Source of the DNA: Mytilus trossulus
Taxonomy: Eukaryota
Length of the DNA: 64,000 nt
Direction of reading: 5' to 3'
NCBI RefSeq assembly: GCF_036588685.1
Contig: NC_086383.1
Span: forward strand, 12,462,001 to 12,526,000
The notes beneath the pieces were generated by a model. The model saw nothing but the letters and a program-made list of their open reading frames with translations. It did not search any database and was not told the DNA's origin. The translations under genes and the position numbers were made by a program. This document shows positions 59,501 to 64,000 of the stretch, piece after piece; within the stretch, counting starts at the first letter, position 1, and each line of letters begins with the position of its first letter.

Positions 59501-60995
59501 GCTTTATATTCCATTACAATTACGAAATGAGGTCATCAAAAGTTATCATGATAATCTAAGTCATTTAGGAATTGACAAATGTCACGATTCAATTAGGCAA
59601 AAATATTTTTGGCCAAAGTTATATAAAGAACTTAATTCCTATATTAATTCCTGTGTTATTTGTCAATCTCAAAGTGCAGGTAAAACAAAACCTTTATTAC
59701 AAATATCTGATATACCACCATTTCCATTTGCTAAGATAGGGGTAGATTTATCTGGACCTTATCCTACATCATTGTCAGGAAATAAGTATATTGTTAGCTT
59801 TGTTCGTCATTACAGTGGGTGGCCTTTAGCTTTTCCTGTTCCAAATAAAACTTCGGAAAATGTTGTTCATTTATTAATTGAGGAAATAATCCCAAATTTT
59901 TCTGTACCTTTAGTTATCGTGTCAGACAATGGCGGTGAATTCACCTCTAAAATATTTGAAGAAACTTTAAAAGAATTAAATATAAGTCACATAACAACTT
60001 CTTTTTATCATCCACAGGGAAACGCGAAAGTATAAAGATTTCACAGGACGCTTCATGACGTCATGGCAAAGAAATTGCAAAGTGATGCGTCTACTTGGGA
60101 CGTATGCTTAAATCAAACAATAGCAGCTATTAGATTTCAAAAAAATGAATCAACTAAATTTTCTCCATTTTTTCTTTTATACAATAGAGACCCAGTTCTT
60201 CCAATTGATAACCTGTTGAAACCTAGAAGAAAATATGTAGGTGAAGATCCGCACAAGATTTTGTTAGAACAACAACACAAATCTTTCATTTTAGTTCATA
60301 GAAACTTGAAAAAGTCTAAAGAAAAACAAAAACAAATCGCAGATAAAAATAGACAAGAAATTCATTTAGAAATTGGGGATCCGGTATATTTCAAAAATCA
60401 TTTAAGAAAAAGTAAGTTAGATACTAAGTGGAAGCCTTATTACAGAATCATTGAAAAAACTTCTCCGGTAACATTTGTCCTTAAAAACCAATTAGATGGG
60501 TCTGTCGCTTAGAAAGTCCATTTAGAACACCTTAAAAAAGCTAAGATTGATGAATGGGTTATTCCCACAAATCTAGAAGGTAGGCAATTAAGGAAAACAA
60601 ATTATGTTGTACCTCCCGATGATAGTGACGGTAGTGATAGTGAACTTCCAGTTGCTAATCCACGAGAAAGACTCATAAATCGTTACCGACAAGAACGAGA
60701 AACATCTTCCGACGAGGATGATATTCCACTCGCTGAACTTAAACAAAAAATAGCAAATAGAAACCGACGTGAAAACGAGGAAGACAAATCTTCTGTCACT
60801 TCCGGTTCAAGCGAAATGTCGGATAATAATAGTTCCGATGGGTACAATTCAGAACGCAGTCAAAAAATGTCTGTTGATGAAGTAAGAATACCAAAGAAAA
60901 CTAAACGAACTGTTAAAAAGTCTGAAAAGAAAGACGAATTAATTTTAAGTTTTCTCTCAACCGTTTCTTGTTATCTTAATAAAATGAACGACTAA
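56543..60995 (+). pseudogene. pol: Pol (protease, RT, RNase H, integrase) with one frameshift (about 56815) and three in-frame stops (58314, 60033, 60510)
   Basis: LIDSGAS; FGLQNSPAVF..YIDD; YTDASN; HHCC; IGVDL / SDNG / NAKV*RFHRTL; an acidic tail continues to TAA at 60993-60995. Confidence 0.9.
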
Positions 60996-61842
60996 CATGT
61001 CGTAGATGTAGGCTTCGTGATGATTGTTTTTAAATAAATATATGTGTATATAAAATAATTTTTGTTTTGATTAATCATTCTAATTCTCGCTTCAGATTGC
61101 TCGCTGAAAAATTGTTGATTGTTTAGAAATCCTATAAATATCAGTATTCTCTGAATCACAGCTTTGTTTATGAAAAAGGAAGGAAAGTGTTGGTTGAATG
61201 TCAAACCTTTAATAAACAATTTTTCAGTACTAATACTAGAGAAAAGTTTGTCTTATTAGTTTATTGTTTTTTTAGTTTAATTTTTTTATTCTTATTCTAA
61301 ATAGATAACATATCGATACTTTATTTTTGCAAAATTGAAGCAGTTAAAACTTGAGGACGACTTTGAACTATCAAATTTAGTAAATGCATTAATTTATTTT
61401 GTTGCTATTTTTATAGGTATTTTGTTATTAATATATTCTAAAGTTTAATAATAGGTGTTTAGCCAAGAGAATGAATAATAATAAAGAGGTTCAAATAGTC
61501 ACACGATACCTTGGTGGTGATCAAATGGTGTCAACTGATGTTGAGGGCGATGGTACTGCCTACAGAGATGTTAAAATAGCTTCTGCACCAATACTGAGAA
61601 CCAGCCACTAAGAACCATTATCCAGTATTGGATATTGGCTTTGATCATTGGACACAACGCAGACGCTTAGATGTACATAAAACTATACGATCACATAACT
61701 TTTTATTAGTAAAGGGACTCGTTCTACAGCATCACAGGTAGATTTTCCTGTAATGTTTCAGTCGGTGATAACTGAGCAACCTAGTCAGGGACTCTGAATT
61801 AACAGAGTAGGTAAGCTAGGTCAGTTAGGAGTAAATCAACAG

Positions 61843-62210
61843 CGGATGGTGGATCACATGAAGGACGGATGGTGGATCACATGAAGTACGGATGGTGGAT
61901 CACATGAAGGACGGATGGTGGATCACATGAAGTACGGATGGTGGATCACATGGAGAACGGATGGTGGATCACATGAAGGACGGATGGTGGATCACATGAA
62001 GGACGGATGTTGGATCACATGAAGTACGGATGGTGGATCACATGGAGAACGGATGGTGGATCACATGAAGGACGGATGGTGGATCACATGAAGTACGGAT
62101 GGTGGATCACATGGAGAACGGATGGTGGATCACATGAAGTACGGATGGTGGATCACATGAAGGTCGGATGTTGGATCACATGAAGTACGGATGGTGGATC
62201 ACATGAAGTT
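61843..62210 (+). repeat. 16 tandem copies of a 23-bp unit (CGGATGGTGGATCACATG plus 5 variable nt) in the Gypsy 3' untranslated region
   Basis: Units start every 23 nt from 61843 to 62188. Confidence 0.93.
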
Positions 62211-62537
62211 GGAATGGTTGCAGAACTTTTAAATGACGGGAATTGGCGTTGCAGATAAACAGATGGATTGTTGGAGTTGACAACGACGATCAGAGGAGCA
62301 GTTCACTGGAGTCGGGGTTATGAAGACGGTCCGTAGTTGATGGTTGCGCCTTTTTCTGGAAATAAGAAGTTCTGATATTTGATGTTACGAACTTAGTTAT
62401 TCACACAAGAATTGTATGAACTATACATTGCTGGACATTTAGATGTTGTTGAACTTTTGAAATGATTTTATTTATGAATATTTTTGTTGTTTTTAGGGAA
62501 ATTTGCAAGCATTCATATTGTCACCGATATATTTCTT

Positions 62538-62552
62538 AAAGAAAGGGAGGAA
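62538..62552 (+). promoter_or_regulatory. Polypurine tract
   Basis: AAAGAAAGGGAGGAA immediately before the 3' LTR. Confidence 0.85.
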
Positions 62553-63026
62553 TGTGACAATATGATAGGCTAAAAATATATATATAAATATATATAAAAT
62601 ATATTTATATTTATATTGATGATTATATATTCTTAAAATGTTTATTAAATTGAATAAAATAAATACAGGGGAATATCTATTAAGTAAATCATGACCTTGT
62701 AAAAGGTTGTTCAGTTGACCGCTGGGTTGCATATAACATGTTTACATGCAGACCAGGTGGTGACATGTAGCAATAACAATTAGTTATAACACTGGACATA
62801 CGTGTATTCTTCGAACATCAATTTCCAGGTTGGTCGAAACATGTCAATAAGAGTCAACTTAATAGATATTCATCCCTGTATCTTTAGAATTAAAACTATA
62901 ATGGTCAAGTTAATAGAAACCTTGACGCTGTTTATATTCGGTATATATATTTGTGTATTTTATTATATTGGACACATCGGTCTAGGCAACGTTAATAAAC
63001 TTATAGCAAAATACCATCTTGTTATA
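62553..63026 (+). repeat. 3' LTR
   Basis: 474-bp direct repeat of 54980-55453. Confidence 0.93.
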
Positions 63027-64000
63027 AGTCCACCAATATGGATCTTCAATGCAGCGAGAAACTCCCGCACCCGGAGAAATCTTTTTCAACTGGCCGCCCC
63101 TAAACAAATTTGAATACTAGTAGTTCAGTGATAACGGACGTCATACTAAACTCCGAATTATACACAAGAAACTACAATTAAAAATCATACAAGACTTACA
63201 AAGGCCAGTGGCTCCTGACTTGGGACAGACGTTAAAATACGGCTGAGGGGTTAAACAATTTTTTAGATCTCAACCGCCCACCTTTTTATACACCAACTTT
63301 TAACCAAAGTGACGCCCTATCCCTTTGACTTGTCAGAGAAAAGATCTCGCCATCTCGCCATTTGCATGACAGAGGCAATTTCAAATATGCTTACACTAAT
63401 TTTATTTCTCCATGAAAATATTTGCACATGATTTGGAGTTTGGCCCTGGGGTATATATTGAGTAATTTTTAGAGTGAAATTGTAGCCAGGGATCATGAAT
63501 GACTGCTCGACAGAAGAGGCAGGCGGAATACAACATGGTTTGTGAATTAGATATTATGCTCATATTGTTACAAATTCATTGCAAATGACTTATTTTTTAT
63601 TTAATATGACATGCAAATTTCAAAACAAATAGCTTTATTGATTAACATCGTGAATCATTTCGGTTAGATAACCATCCGATCGACAAAATATTAGATTTAG
63701 TAAGGTTGCCGGGCTATATGGAGGTGTGGCACCGGGTGGGGTTCATATCGGAAGGATTGGGCGTTAAGCAGGTGTTGAGATAGAGGGACTAGTGAATATT
63801 TTGGTCTTTTTGGTTGTAAGTTTTTATAGAAAGGAAATATTGCGGCAATTTTTAAGCTTTTTGACCAGAACTATTCAGTAAGCATATAAATTAATATATG
63901 TCAGTCCTTTTCCCTGTCAGAATAAAATGGTCCGATAATAGCATTTTATGATTAATAGAAATCGTTTATTACTAGTACCTGTTTTTCCAGTAATGATATA

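Larger units (their letters stand above)
54980..63026 (+). mobile_element. Full-length Ty3/Gypsy LTR retrotransposon (8047 bp), coding-defective
   Basis: Two 474-bp LTRs, 4-bp TSD AGTC (54976-54979, 63027-63030), PBS-like TGG tract, polypurine tract, and gag-PR-RT-RH-IN order. Confidence 0.95.

Noticed and set aside
61000-61840. env-like third ORF in the Gypsy element
   Set aside because: No ORF of 60 aa or more on the sense strand in the ORF track and no recognisable motifs.
61843-62210. CRISPR-like repeat/spacer look of the 23-bp array
   Set aside because: The variable part is only 5 nt and recurs; eukaryotic retrotransposon context; no cas genes.
54905-63113. ORFs in the LTRs (54905-55159, 55229-55558, 62493-62732, 62802-63113)
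   Set aside because: Duplicated only because the LTR is duplicated; low complexity with no motifs.

Overview
AT-rich eukaryotic genomic DNA, most likely from a bivalve mollusc; the repeat families resemble those known from Mytilus (inference, not checked by search). Positions 1-51.5 kb hold a head-to-tail tandem cluster of intronless minus-strand TRIM genes (RING, two B-boxes, coiled coil, NHL-like beta-propeller). Seven copies have an N-terminus: two intact, one cut by the window edge, four disrupted. There are also four orphan propeller-only remnants. The N-terminal RING/B-box region is near-identical among copies, while the propellers are divergent patchworks of one another. The cluster carries 11 minimal type I hammerhead ribozyme motifs in three sequence families. 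These include a 350-nt unit bounded by two hammerheads (non-LTR retrozyme architecture, 8077-8470) and a ~550-bp tandem hammerhead repeat next to a tRNA-like head; a Penelope-like RT relic lies nearby. Other mobile DNA: a full-length but disabled Ty3/Gypsy element (54980-63026) with a -1 frameshift signal and a 23-bp array, an RNase H-bearing LINE split by a Helentron-type element and a foldback/MULE-like element, an RTE fragment, a tandem TIR-element dimer, a Helitron end and several MITEs. All coordinates and alignments were read by eye.
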